IMG/VR virus record: IMGVR_UViG_3300045988_164075
Source: a virus
DNA length: 64,000 nt
Reading direction: 5' to 3' (one strand)
The translations under genes were made by a program, and so were the position numbers. The notes beneath the pieces are model-generated. The model ran no database searches. It was not told the origin of the DNA and worked only from the letters and a program-made list of their open reading frames with translations. The first letter of the stretch is position 1, and every line of letters begins with the position of its first letter. Below, piece after piece: positions 1 to 12,259 of the stretch.

Positions 1-1754
1 GTTAAAGCACTTGCAGAAGTTATGGCACTTCCATCTCATAATAAATAATTATTAGTAGTAAATGAACTGCCTTTGCTAAAATAAATAGTAGGATTATCAG
101 TAGTACAATGTATACTAATACTATTTCCTGTAACAGCTATTCCTTGATCACTAGAATTTCATGCGGTTTTATTTCCAGTAAATAATTGTTTAGAATATAT
201 TAAATTAAATCTTAGACTTGAACTTCCAATATTAAGTGTACTAGTAGTTGAAGGAATAATATTACCTACATCTGAGAGATTTCCACTGACATTATTTGAA
301 CCATCAAAAGATTGTCCTCAAAGTGTTTTAGCAGAAGATAATTTAGTTGCACTACTAGCATTTCCACTGAAAGAAGTAGCGGTTACGCTTCCTACAAAAG
401 TTATATTTCCTGTAGAATCTAGTACCGCTAATTGTGATCCATCAGCATCCTTAATATAGAAATTAAAATTATCAGCAAACTCTATTGATCCAAGATTTCC
501 CTTACTAATATTACTAAATTTTATTCCAGCAGATGCTGCGGTATCTCTATTAATAGTTAATCCATTAGTTTGAGTACTATTAATAGTTATATCTCTTGAA
601 CGAATTTCAAAATTAGTATTTAAGTATGCAATATTATCTTCCTGTGTATAATTTCAAAATCAATCAACTCCATTTTCAACTCTATCAGATTTATAAAAAT
701 TTAATCCAATATTATTATTTGTGCCTCCAAAAACAGCAGTATTACCATTAGCTAATTTTATTCCAAATAAACTAGTATAATTAGATTCTGTTAACGGAGC
801 TACTAGAGCAATAGTATAATGATCCCTTCCATTTATAAGAGTACTAATATTGCCAGTTAAAGTAATTGCTTTATCACCTGTTGAAAACGTTTTCTTACCC
901 GAAATTGTTTGCTCTGTAGCTAGAGTTACATAAGTATTGTTATGATTATGATCTGATCTAGATGCAGTAGATGCGGTATCATTTCCAGTTACTGTATTAG
1001 CTAGAGCAATCGATGCAGAAATTTCTACATATTGCGTTCCTCCTCACCGATAAGTTTTATTAGTATCTTTTGCAACATATATTTTTCCCGATTCTCCTGT
1101 AGGTGGAAAATCGCTAAACGAATCATATTCTAATACATCATCAACAAAAGATGGTAGCTGGCTAGAAGGAACTAAACCACTACTATCTAATGATGCTACT
1201 CCATTAGCTACTCCAATTTTATTATTTGGAATAAAATCTAAATTTAAATCGTTTTCTAATTGTGATAAGCTTGTTAAATTTTCTGTATCATATACAATTG
1301 CGTTACTAGTACTATATGGACGTGATACTTCTAATCCTGCATCTGCAACATTGATTACAGTTCCGTTTATATTATCAGTATTTTGACCTACATGTACCTT
1401 AGAATCAATAATATTTAATAAATTTTTTTCTCCATTTATTGTCGAAATGGTTATTATATTGTTTATATCTTTTACAAAATTAAGAGTTCCTGTCATAGTT
1501 CCGCCAGCTAGCGGTAAATAATCCGCTAGCTGTGAAACTGTGGCATGTCCTGCAGAATTAATCAGTTCTTCTACTAAGTTTTGATCTACACTACATTTAT
1601 ATTCTTTACCTCTAGTACAAATAGTTGGACCTTCGTCAATAAATGAAATACAACTTTCGAATTCTTCTAAAGTTCCGTCTGTTTCATTACGACTCTTTTC
1701 AGCATCATAAGAGGCTTTAGTTGTAAAATGTAAAAAACTTATATCTAATGCCAT
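1..1754 (-). CDS. Tail fibre protein. N-terminus at 1754; C-terminus runs off the window start.
   Basis: ORF 1044..1754 continues in frame through TGA 1044-1046. The downstream translation contains ...NASSATKLSSAKTLWGQSFDGSNNVSGNL..., a typical fibre repeat. Confidence 0.6.
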
Positions 1755-1786
1755 TTATTTATATTTTAATTTTATACAAAATCAAC

Positions 1787-3451
1787 TCACTGAAACATTG
1801 AAGTTACATATTCTTTCACATCATTAGCTTCAACTAATCCGTTTTGTTCAGAACTAGCTGTAGTTATACTTTGTATAGTAATTGATCCAGTTAGATTTTG
1901 AGTTGTTCCACTTTTACTATTAGCAGTTAATGTTAAATAATTAGAACCACTTGCAGTAACACTTTGTAAAGCAGTATCTGCTTTGTTTCCTTGTGCTGTA
2001 GTAGCTACTCCAATAACATCAGCACGTAGTTCTTTTTCTGCAATCGTTAAATTAACTGCTGGAGACGTTGCAGCTTGTCTATTACGTAATGTAATTACTC
2101 CTACTGCTCCACCAATAGACTGGACACCTGTACTTGCAGCAACATCAATTTTATTTTCTAGTTTAGATATAGCTTTATTAATTGTATCTGTTGCAACAAT
2201 AGAACTACTCTCAGTTCCTTTTTCATATCCAGTTAGAGCTATATCACTTCCTTTTAAAGTTATATTTTGATTTAGAGATAATCCATTTACCTTTCTTGTA
2301 GTTGGAACTTTATTATTAAGTTCAGATTGCAGATTATTAATTTTACTAATTGAAAGATTTGGAATATCTGTCTCAAGTATAGGTAACTTTGTTACTTCAA
2401 TTAACCCGTTTGTTTGTGTAACAGACCTTACAAATCCACTATCTTTATCTGCTACCGTTAATTCAGCTAATTTAACATCTATTTGATTATCAACTTCTGA
2501 TACTGTAGTTGCTGCTTCAGCAGTTGTTTTAACTGCTGCTAATTGTTGAGATACTGTTGATTCTGAACTAAATCCACTTCCAAGTTTAGTATCAATATCT
2601 GTAACAGATTGCTTAGTAGCAATTGTAGAGGTGTCAACTGAAATTACGTTTTTACTAATGGTAATGCCTGAGCCAGCAGTATAAGCATCTACCAATGATG
2701 CAAGATCTACTTCAATATTTTCTATACCTGCATCAGTATTAAATGCAATTGTAAGAACTTTAGTTTCAGGATCAAATGATACATTTTGTACCATTCCATC
2801 TTTAACAAACTGGGTAGCATCTATACTTGCAATTTCTACACTATCTTGCCCAGATAATATAATCTTTTTTGTTTCAGTACTATAAGATAAAGATAATTCT
2901 GAACTTAATGTACCACCACTTAACTTTAATATTTTATCTTTAGAAGCTACACCAGTTACAGTTACTGTGGGGACTGTAATATTAACGTCTTTATTACTTC
3001 CAGGAGATACAGGTTCTCCATTAACCTTAATAGTTTCAATAACGTTTACTTGTGCACCAGCCGCAATACCACTGAGTTTTGTTTTCTCAGTAGTAGTATA
3101 ATCTTCTGTAGATAATCGTTTACCAACAACTTTATCTACTTTTTTATTTAACTCTGTATTAACGTAAGACGTATCTGCTTTTTGACTAAGAGCAGAGGCA
3201 ACTTCTGTTGCAGAAGCTACATCTGATAAATCTAAATCAATAACTGTACCGTTAGCGTTAGTAATAGTTAGATGTTTTGTTTCTTCATTTCAATGAGCAT
3301 CTCTAACTCCACCAAAAACATCAGTTGCGGTTTCACTTTTTGCTATTTTAATTAATCCAGTCGAAGTTTCAAAATAAATACGTCCAGGTATTAAATTTAG
3401 TGAAGGTACCGTTGTTAACTTAGAAAAACTTAAATTAGTTGTATTTGCCAT
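1787..3451 (-). CDS. Tail fibre / coiled-coil structural protein, 554 aa, one in-frame TGA.
   Basis: ORF 1787..2794 extends in frame upstream to ATG 3451 (MANTTNLSFSKL...AHWNEE...). It has repeated ...KADTS/..LNNKV.. heptad-like segments. Confidence 0.6.
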
Positions 3452-3482
3452 TTTAATAAAAAATTACTTATGAAATTTCATT

Positions 3483-4628
3483 TCAAAATATATCTAACTT
3501 TCCATCCGTTCCTACTTGAATTGCAGAATTAGCAGAAACAATTTTTGCTACATTCACTACTAAACTTCTAGAAGTACCAGAACCACTTATAGTTAATGTT
3601 TCATCAGGACTAGTTAGAGATGTAATACCTCCTGATACTGCTGTTTGAATACTATTACTAAGAGCTTGCATTCCAGCTACAATTGTTTGATCTGCTCCAA
3701 CATCAACTCCACCAGTAATAGCAGTACCAATCTTAATTGTTGAACCTTTTAAACCTGTTAAATCAAGTTTTAAACCATCTGCTGATTTAGATAATGCTGA
3801 ATCTGTAGCAGCGTCAAGTTTAAGATCGATTGTATTTTCTTCTGAAATTGTAATCGCCTCACCTGCAGTAAGTGAATCTTGTTTATCTTCAACAGAAGTT
3901 TGTAAAGATTCAATATTAGACTTATTAGTTCTAATTTGATTAAGATCTGTATCAGAAATTAAACCAGAACCTTCTACTTTATCAACTTTATTATTAAGTT
4001 GATTAGTAACTGTAGTAATCTGTTCTTGTAAATCTGTATCAGTAGCTTCAAGTTCTGTTTTAACTTCAGAAATAGCACCATCAACTTGAGATTTTGTATA
4101 ATAACCTGAAAGATCAATAGTTCCACCTAGCGGATCCCATTGAGTTCCATCCCAAGCATAATTAGTTCCAGCAGGAGTAGTTTCATGAGCTGCAACTACA
4201 TTCCATACATCTCCTTTTTTATTTCCTTCAGAAGGAAGTTCTTCATAAGTATCTTTTGTACCTTTATAATCTAAAGCTGAAGTGACAGAAGATCTTAACT
4301 CATCTACAAGCGTTTTTAAAGCTTTACCTTGAGCAGCAGATAAAGCAGCATCTGTTCTATCGCTTTCAAGAGAATTGATAATTTCTACAACAGTTCCAGT
4401 TGCAAGAGTTTCCCAAACTCTATTAGAACCATCTTCATCAAAACTCTTTAATATATATGCGGTTTTATTTTCTTTTACATAAACAATAAGACCTTCTACT
4501 AACTGAATCGTAGGCATTGCGTCACGATCAGCAATAGATGCTTGGATTGTTCTATTGTCGAGTGGTAGATTCGCACCTAAATCAAACCCAGAACCTACCG
4601 AAATGCCTTTACCAAAATATTCTGCCAT
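3483..4628 (-). CDS. Tail fibre protein.
   Basis: Intact 381-aa ORF with coiled-coil repeats (TDLQEQITTVTNQLNNKVDK), located in the fibre cluster. Confidence 0.55.
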   Translation of the reverse strand: MAEYFGKGISVGSGFDLGANLPLDNRTIQASIADRDAMPTIQLVEGLIVYVKENKTAYILKSFDEDGSNRVWETLATGTVVEIINSLESDRTDAALSAAQGKALKTLVDELRSSVTSALDYKGTKDTYEELPSEGNKKGDVWNVVAAHETTPAGTNYAWDGTQWDPLGGTIDLSGYYTKSQVDGAISEVKTELEATDTDLQEQITTVTNQLNNKVDKVEGSGLISDTDLNQIRTNKSNIESLQTSVEDKQDSLTAGEAITISEENTIDLKLDAATDSALSKSADGLKLDLTGLKGSTIKIGTAITGGVDVGADQTIVAGMQALSNSIQTAVSGGITSLTSPDETLTISGSGTSRSLVVNVAKIVSANSAIQVGTDGKLDIF

Positions 4629-4630
4629 GA

Positions 4631-5728
4631 TTAGTTAAAGTTTACATAGTAAGTACTAGGTTGAGTCATTTTACCCGATAGATATACGGTATAGTTAACC
4701 GATTGTCCATCTAAACAAGTAACCTGAACGGTACTAGTGGTATAAGTTCCAGTTACATCAAAGTTGTTACTATCTTTAATATTTGATACGTTCCATCCTG
4801 TTGGAGCAGCAAAACAAATATATTGTTCAGTAATTGGTCCAGAAACTTTAACAGTTTTCTTTGCAGATACAGTTTTAGTCATTCCTTTAATTACTTCTTG
4901 AGTAATATTATTTGTTGAAACTAATCCTGAGTAAGCTGGGCGATAACCTGTTACGGTTACTTTACTAGAATCTACGGATCCCGCAGGAAGTGGTGTTTGA
5001 TAATTATTTCCTTTTGAATCTTTTGGTTGAGGACCTTGTGCATACACCGCACGATAATAATAATCCATTGCTCCAGCCACTACTGTTTCTGGAAGATCCT
5101 CTATTTTACTTGAACCATATAAAATTTTAGAAGCTTCAGTGTCTTGTGCACCAGCTCTATTATTTTGTTTTGTACCTGCTAAATTAATTGCGCCAGCATT
5201 AAAACTAACGTTAAAATTAGCAGTAGTTGGAGCAACTGCTCCAATTTCTTGAATATTAGAATAGCTTTTTAAAGAAATACTAGCACTAGGATTAGTGAAT
5301 GTAGGATTAACCGTAGGGAAAATGAGTGTATCAAAAATTTCATTATAACTTTTACCAGTTAATTGAGCTACTGTTGTACCAGCAGCAATTCCTCCTAGTT
5401 TTTCTACAGTAGATACTGTTGAGGACAAACTAGACGAATAATTTCCACTCAAACTATCTAATTTAGCTTTATCTTCTTTAGACATCAAACCGTCTAATAC
5501 TTCTGACGCTTTCGCTAAAGCTACATCAGTAGTATCTCCACTAGTATAGTGTATAGTTAAACAATTATTTGTAGAATTTAATGTAATGTCTTGTACCTTA
5601 CCTCCCCCATATGAATGGTTGTTCATAAATATTTCATAAGTATCGGTACAAAAGTATATCCCATTGCCATGTTGACTAGCGTCATACGAGCTTTTTGGGC
5701 CTCTGTAAAATAATACTGGAACTGCCAT
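4631..5728 (-). CDS. Tail fibre / receptor-binding-like protein.
   Basis: Intact 365-aa ORF. The N-terminus (SSYDASQHGNGIYFCTDTYEIF) resembles fibre N-termini seen in the neighbouring genes. Confidence 0.5.
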   Translation of the reverse strand: MAVPVLFYRGPKSSYDASQHGNGIYFCTDTYEIFMNNHSYGGGKVQDITLNSTNNCLTIHYTSGDTTDVALAKASEVLDGLMSKEDKAKLDSLSGNYSSSLSSTVSTVEKLGGIAAGTTVAQLTGKSYNEIFDTLIFPTVNPTFTNPSASISLKSYSNIQEIGAVAPTTANFNVSFNAGAINLAGTKQNNRAGAQDTEASKILYGSSKIEDLPETVVAGAMDYYYRAVYAQGPQPKDSKGNNYQTPLPAGSVDSSKVTVTGYRPAYSGLVSTNNITQEVIKGMTKTVSAKKTVKVSGPITEQYICFAAPTGWNVSNIKDSNNFDVTGTYTTSTVQVTCLDGQSVNYTVYLSGKMTQPSTYYVNFN

Positions 5729-5741
5729 TTAATTATTGTTT

Positions 5742-7565
5742 TTAATTAATATCGATTCATGTAAGTGTTCCTGCAGCAATAATTTTTTGTTCTAAAACAT
5801 CAACTTGCTGATCTATTTCGGTTTTAGTATAATAATTAGTTAAATCTGCTACGGTTTTGCCTGATCCTCATAGTTCTCATCTATGTGTACCTTGCCCGTT
5901 ATCTATTCAAACATATTCATCAAACAAATCATTTCCACTTGAAAGATGATTAGGAACTAAATATATAACATTAGTTTCTCCAGATTCAGGTAAAGATTGA
6001 ACTATTTTAAAACTAACATTATCTCATGTAGCAATTTGTCCTAAAGTTTCAATAAATTGTTCTTCTGTCAAAGTTCCTCCACCTTGAACATATTGTTCAT
6101 AAGCTGAATAACCTCTCGGCCCTCTATATTGCTCATCATCAGCATTCGTTGGATCATATCAGATCATATTCTGACAATCATCATAGGCAGGATTTTCAGG
6201 ATGCATTTCCTTATATTCACAAGGTGATTCTGGTCCAACATGAATGTTTTGATCTCCAGGAGCTCCTTGGGGAATATAAAAATCAAATACTGCATTAGTA
6301 GGGTCAGAACTAATATTTTTTACATTAGCAGGTTCAGTATATTCTACTGTAGTAGTTTTATTAACAGTAACAGTAGCATTATCTCCCTTTTCTCCATATA
6401 CTCTACCCGCGTCTTGTATTTCGTTATTAGTTAGAGTAACTATTAAATGAGCATTTTCATTAATTAGTAAAGTTTTAATTCCAACTCCTCTAATTTCTTC
6501 AAGACTACAAATATTCGTTCATCCTCCCTCAGAACCATAATATTTCCATTGTATGTGTCCATCTGCTCTTCGTAATAATACTTCTCTGCCATCTTTGCCA
6601 CCATTTCCTTGAGGACCTCTTACATTTCCTAAATCTCTAGCTTGGTTTTCAGAAGATAATCGAACTCATAAATGAAAACGTTCATCGATAAAAACATCTT
6701 CTATTGTATCTCCTTTAGGACCAATTAGTTCACTTAATGGAACTAATGAATACCAATCGTCTAAATTTTCATATTTTCATTGAAGTTCTATTCCATTGTT
6801 TCTAATTATTACAGGAACTCCATTTTTTCCAGTAATGTCTGACAATGGAAGTAGATTGTATCAATAAACAGAGTCATAAGAAAACTGTATATAATTACTA
6901 GCAACTCTTAAATTTACATTATCTCCTTTCTCTCCTTTAGGACCAGGATCTCCTTTTTGTCCAGGATCTCCTTTTTGTCCAGGATCTCCTTTTTGTCCAG
7001 GATCTCCTTTAGGTCCTATTAGATTTACGTAGATTCACGTTTCCTCATTTTCTCTTTTAACTCCTAAATTTGTCCCATCCCATTTAAATTGCAATCCAAT
7101 TCCGTCTTCTCCGTCTTCTCCTTTTTGCCCTGGATCTCCTTTATCTCCTTTGATTAGAGCAGGATCTGGATTAGGTAAGTTTCCGTTATTCTCTCAACTT
7201 AACATTCCTGAACTAGGATCAAAGTGAGGAATAAAAACAGCACCTTTTTCGCCTTGTGCTCCAGGTTGACCTTGCATTACTAGAGTTCAATATTCATTAT
7301 TTACTTTACTAACTAATGGTTCAGAGTCAATACTAACATCATTAGATCAATGTGTTTTTTTACAAGCAAAAAGAGCATTATCGTGAGAAACAAAATCGAC
7401 AGTATATTCATCATTAAAGTAATGACTGTTTGGATTTCACTCCTCATATCTAAACGATAATCCACGATAGAAATCAATAGTATTATTGTAAGCAAATGTT
7501 TGACGTGAAATATTATTTTCGATATTAGAAGTATTTAAATTTCCTGAACTAATTGTTCTCTTCAT
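5742..7565 (-). CDS. Collagen-like tail fibre, 607 aa, only open if TGA is read as Trp.
   Basis: Translated codon by codon from ATG 7565 to TAA 5742-5744. It has 15 in-frame TGA against 3 TGG. Gly-X-Y tracts include GPKGDPGQKGDPGQKGDPGQKGDPGPKGEKGD. Confidence 0.8.
6943..7010 (-). repeat. Tandem 18-nt repeat, 3.8 copies, inside the collagen-like CDS.
   Basis: CCAGGATCTCCTTTTTGT is repeated head to tail. It encodes (GDPGQK)n on the minus strand. Confidence 0.9.
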
Positions 7566-7749
7566 AATATTGAATTATTTTAAAATAATCGTTTCTAGAT
7601 ATATCTCCGTTTTCTATATAATCTATTGTGTTCATAAGATCATCTAGAAATTTTAAAGTTTGTTTATCATATGTATATCCGAATTTTAATTTTTCTAATT
7701 CTGATAGATACACATTTAAAAAGATATTATATAGTTGCTCCACAATCAC
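7549..7749 (-). CDS. Hypothetical protein.
   Basis: 66-aa ORF ending in TAG. Its end overlaps the fibre start codon. Confidence 0.4.
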   Translation of the reverse strand: MIVEQLYNIFLNVYLSELEKLKFGYTYDKQTLKFLDDLMNTIDYIENGDISRNDYFKIIQYYEENN

Positions 7750-8536
7750 ATTTATTATAATTTGTCTCTCCTAATATATCTTTACATATATAATTACACG
7801 AAGTCAAGTCTTCAATTATACGTTGTGCTTCTAAATAACTTCCTTGTTCAATTAAACAACTTAAGATATATACAGAATCAAATAGAAAATTTCGCATATT
7901 TCTTATAGATTCATCAGATGAGCAATTATCATATGTACACTTACTATTAAGATTATCATAAATCATCTTCTTTTGTAACGAAATTAAACATTTATTTAAA
8001 TAACAAATAGATACAATTTGTTTATTCGTTCAATATTCAATTTCATCGGTTATTAAACTAGATAATTCAGAATAATCTTCAACTTTCTTTGCAGATTCTA
8101 CGGTTAACGTTTCATTTTGTCCATCGGTTGTTCCTATATAAATATCTCAAGTGTTTCCATTACTATAATAAAACAATTTCCCATTCGCATTATATGTATC
8201 CGTACCTGAAGATTTAAGATGTTTTAATTTTTCAATACAATATTTGTTATATATATATAAACCATCTTTAGGTAACTTATACATATAAGGAGTTCGAATA
8301 TCATTTGTTTCTAAATCTAAACATCTTATAGAGTCTTCGAGAACAGTTAAATCATCTGTACTATAGGAATTATTTTCTAGGAAATCAATAAATACATGCT
8401 GTTTTCAATCACTATTTTCTTCTTGTCATTTTTCATAACTATGCTCAAAATTAGACGTTCCTGTAATATCTGTTACCTGTAAATAACATCCAGACGTCAT
8501 AGTTATTTCTACTTCAATTGGACGTGATGCACTCAT
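7727..8536 (-). CDS. Hypothetical virion-module protein, 269 aa, four in-frame TGA.
   Basis: ATG 8536 (MSASRPIEVEI...) reads in frame into ORF 7727..7966 when TGA is read as Trp. Confidence 0.55.
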
Positions 8537-8540
8537 CTGT

Positions 8541-11500
8541 TTAAATATTTGTTTTTATTTTATTGTTATATGGATTTGAGTCATATAGCTGCATTTGTTC
8601 AACTTGGATTTGTTTTTCCTTTGTATCAATTACTCTATCATTATAATCCTTATTATCTCGGATTTTTTGCTCTTCTAAAGAAATACGTTTACGCTCTAGA
8701 TCAAGTTTTTCTTTACTATTTTTATCAATCTGATTTAACAGTTTTTTGTTTTCTGAACTAAGTTGTTCTAGCTGTCTTTGATTTTCTTGAATTTGAGCTT
8801 CATATTGTTGTATACGTTGTTGTAATTGCATTAATTGATCGTTTTCAAGCTTTTTAGATTTCATTGAACGTGTTATATAACGTTCTAAGTCATTCATATT
8901 TTTAGCTTTGAAGATATTAACTACTAACTCAGAATCAGCCAATCCCGCTTTAATTAATTCAGGACTAACAGATTTTAAAGCCTCCATATCTCTATATGTT
9001 CGAGTACTATCTTCGATATGAATATCAAAATCAGTTATAGTATAGTGTTCAGGCAATGCAGTAAACAATTTAGCATATTTATCTCCTAAAATTATTGCAC
9101 CTTTTAATCCCTTTTTAAATACTATTTTAGCTAGATTTAACATATCATAGTTAACTTCTTTATACATTAAATCCATTGCATCAAAGTACTGTTTAGTTAA
9201 TAGAGTAGATTGTTTAATTCCAACTTGTACGTTTGAAACAGCGTCTCGTTGCTCTATTTGACCTAGTTTTTCTTGGAATACTCCTGTAATAGATGATGCT
9301 TGTTGTTCAACAGATTGAATTGCAAGTTGTATTGCTTGTATTGCTTGAACTTTCACTGTATCGTCAAATCCGTTAAAAATAGTATTTAACGATTGCCCTT
9401 CTTGAGAACTATCTAAAATAGCTACTCCATTCTTTTTTCAAGCTAATCACTTTTGAATTCTTTCAGGCATTTCAACTCCTAATGCTTCAGGAACGTTAGC
9501 TAAGTCTAACCATTCGCCAACAGTTCCACTAGAAGCAATTAAGTTGTCTCTATAGAACAATAGCATATCGTATTTCATTTGTGTTCACATAAGTTCGTTA
9601 CTCTTATGCCGTCTATTTAGACTGCTACATATTTCTATGTAGATCAGACTATATCATATATAAATTAATGTTTTGTAATATAATTGTTAATAAATCTTCT
9701 TGAAAACATTCAGTAGATGTTTTATTTGGCCAATTTTGAGGAACATACAAATTATTTTTAATAATCTTTTTTAATTCCGCTTCAAAATTTACACATGCTT
9801 CAAATTCATTAAATTCAATAATTTTAAGAACATCGATGTTATAATTTAACTTTTTGTAGTCATCAAATCTTCTTAAGTTTCCATCAGTTTTCTTATATGT
9901 GATTCCTAATTTATAAAATTTTTCTGTTGAATTTGATAATTTAATTAGATAAAACACATTACTTTTTGTTCAATTGGTATTACATTTTATACAACCACAG
10001 CCCGAAAATATATAATCATTATCTATTTTAACTTCTCCATGAATAGGACAAATTAATATACATTTTCCATTATGCCGATTTGTAGATTCAATTTTAAAAT
10101 CATAAACATTATTATACAAATAACGTAACTGTTTATAAAAATAATCTTTTCTATTAACCGCACTACGAATATTTGGAGTGTGACCAGCTAATAATGCATC
10201 AGGAGAAATAGAAACTATTCCATATCGTGTATCAAATAGCATTTTATCCTTCATTTTTGTATACTCAGATAAAGGATGAATTTGATTATATATCTTAGGT
10301 TCTTTGTCTTTTAACATATTCATAAAATACTCAGTTCTATTAACCGCTAGTAATATTCCTGGACGATTATTAAATAACTGTTTAGCCTGAGTTAATTTTA
10401 TAATACCGTATCTATCTTTAACAATAATTGGTTGTGATAAACCTTTAAAGTGCCCAATGACTTCAAGCTCCCCATTATATAGTTGCTTTACTTTTTGTTT
10501 ATAATTTTCTTCGTTATATTTCATAACTACTTATTAATTTATTAACAATTATCTTTAATTTATACTTCCGCGCTTCGGATCACTTGATCCTACATAATAG
10601 TCGTTGAACCTTCCATTTTTATATGGCTTGGCTGCTGATTGCCCTCGACTTTACGTTAGGGGTTTCCAGCAATTCACGGAATTTAGACAGGACTCATACT
10701 AATGTTAATCCTGTAGATCAGAAGTAGCTAAAATAAGAGAGAACGGTTGCCCGTTTTTATCTAAAAAGAATGTTCCGTTAACTGATAATGTACATTTACT
10801 TGGATAATCAGAAGAGCGCACTACATATTTAGATTCACCTCTAGTAATATAAATATCATTTCCAATTTTTACACCTTCGTGTCTAGTTAAATACCCTGTT
10901 TTTTTATTAACTTCAAGTCATTCAACTTCATAAACTGGAATTGTATTAAGCAATCTATGTCCATTTATTGTTTCATCAAATGGCAACATTGGAGTTACTT
11001 CTAATCCTCCTAATATACCTGTACTTGTTCCTTCTAAGATAGTTCCTGTATCAGTTCTAATTTCTGTATTAGCTGCTGGAACTCTTACAAATACACTATT
11101 AAAATATGCTTGATTCTTATGAAAATCATTATCTAAAGATTCTAGAGCTTCTGAAGTTAATTCATCGTGATACCGATTAATTATTTCCTCTTTAGTCATG
11201 TACTTACGAATAACTGCTCGATAAGAATCTTTTAAATAATAAGAATTAGTATTACGTTCAATAAAGGTATTTAGAGGATTTAATATTTCTAATGATACAT
11301 TTTCTCCATTTTCAGTTGGAATCACTCGATAATAACATGTTCCTGTAATCAAGAGATCTAAAAATAACTCTCGCATCTTATTTTTTAAATCTATGTTGCG
11401 AGATTGACGTAAATATATTAGTATATTTTGTGCTGCAATTTCATATTCAGAAGTGAAAGATTCTTCTGTATCTGCAATTAATTTATCTAATTCTGCCTGA

Positions 11501-11895
11501 ATAAATGGATCATTATTTGCAAGTTCTCTGTTATCTAATAGTATCGGAATAATAGAATTTTGTAAATATGATTTTAAATACTTATAGACAGTTTCGTTAA
11601 TTTTTAATTGCTTTTCTCGCATAATATTAGAAACAGTTTTAGAATCTTTACAAGATATTTTTAAATCAGGTTCTAATCCTAAATACTCTCCAATTAATAC
11701 ATCAATATGTTTTTTAATTAAAGGAGTAAAATTAATAGAGGTAGGAGTACCTATTCCAAAATTATCTTCTAAATGTCTAAACTGTTCTGCATCTCTAGTA
11801 CAATGATAATAGTTATATGCTTTTCTAAGCTTAACTTTATCGTAGACCAGTTCAGCAATTGTCTTTTTAATTTTTTCAATATCTGTATTATTCAT
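8541..11895 (-). CDS. Portal protein, split by a group I intron. Exon 1 is 11895..10708, exon 2 is 9575..8541, 741 codons in total.
   Basis: The N-terminus (..LRKAYNYYHCTRDAEQFRHLEDNFGIGTP..FTPLIKKHIDVLIGEY) is portal-like and lies directly downstream of terL. The join gives ..ATSDLQD|KYDMLLFYRDNLIASSG. Both exons are whole codons. Several in-frame TGA. Confidence 0.7.
9576..10707 (-). mobile_element. Group I intron (1132 nt) in the portal gene, carrying a homing-endonuclease ORF.
   Basis: A 7-bp P1 pairs exon ACAGGAT with intron GTCCTGT, with U.G at the splice site. The intron ends ...CACAAATG, so the last nucleotide is G. Removal restores the frame. Confidence 0.7.
9649..10524 (-). CDS. 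Intron-encoded GIY-YIG / T5orf172-like homing endonuclease, 291 aa, one in-frame TGA.
   Basis: ORFs 9970..10524 and 9649..9957 are in one frame, joined by TGA (..CIKCNTN W TKSNVFYLIKLSNSTEKFYKLGITYKK..). This gives a Y-x10-YxG pattern plus an N-terminal Cys-rich repeat. Confidence 0.6.
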
Positions 11896-12197
11896 TATAA
11901 TATATCGTTATTACAATAATCGTCTGTATCGATACATTGTGACTCATATCATTCGTGTTTAATTGCTCGGAAATGATGTGCTCGTTCTATTTGGCGTTTA
12001 CGTAAGTCCTTAGCAATAAACTTTAGAAATGATTCTTTATCTCCTTGATAATTAATAACCATAGGAGACATTTCTTGGTTTAGATATAAGTTTAATGTAA
12101 AATCATCTTCACTTTCGATTACTTTTAAGTGTCCAATATACTTACAACATGTAACTTTTTCAATAATATCTAAAACCTCTTTTTCTAATTGTGTCAT
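11895..12197 (-). CDS. Hypothetical protein between terL and portal.
   Basis: ORF 11949..12197 extends through TGA to TAA 11895-11897, which overlaps the portal ATG. Confidence 0.45.
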
Positions 12198-12259
12198 GTT
12201 GTTGGAATTATACCATATCGTTTATATCCTCTGTCGTCAATATATCATCCAATATCTTT

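Noticed and set aside
1983-2270. ORF-track entries on the strand opposite long genes. Examples are 1983..2270, 6240..6434, 8549..8761, 12189..12380, 13486..13701, 14050..14377, 14515..14733, 15343..15603, 16014..16250, 23541..23729, 24219..24488, 25562..25804, 26402..26716, 30181..30438, 56970..57218, 59466..59735, 61142..61444 and 62909..63127.
   Set aside because: They lie entirely within better-supported genes on the other strand, have low-complexity composition, and have no start or stop context.
6943-7010. A tandem 18-nt repeat that could look like a mini CRISPR or satellite array.
   Set aside because: There are no spacers. The repeats are in frame and encode collagen-like GDPGQK units inside a long CDS.
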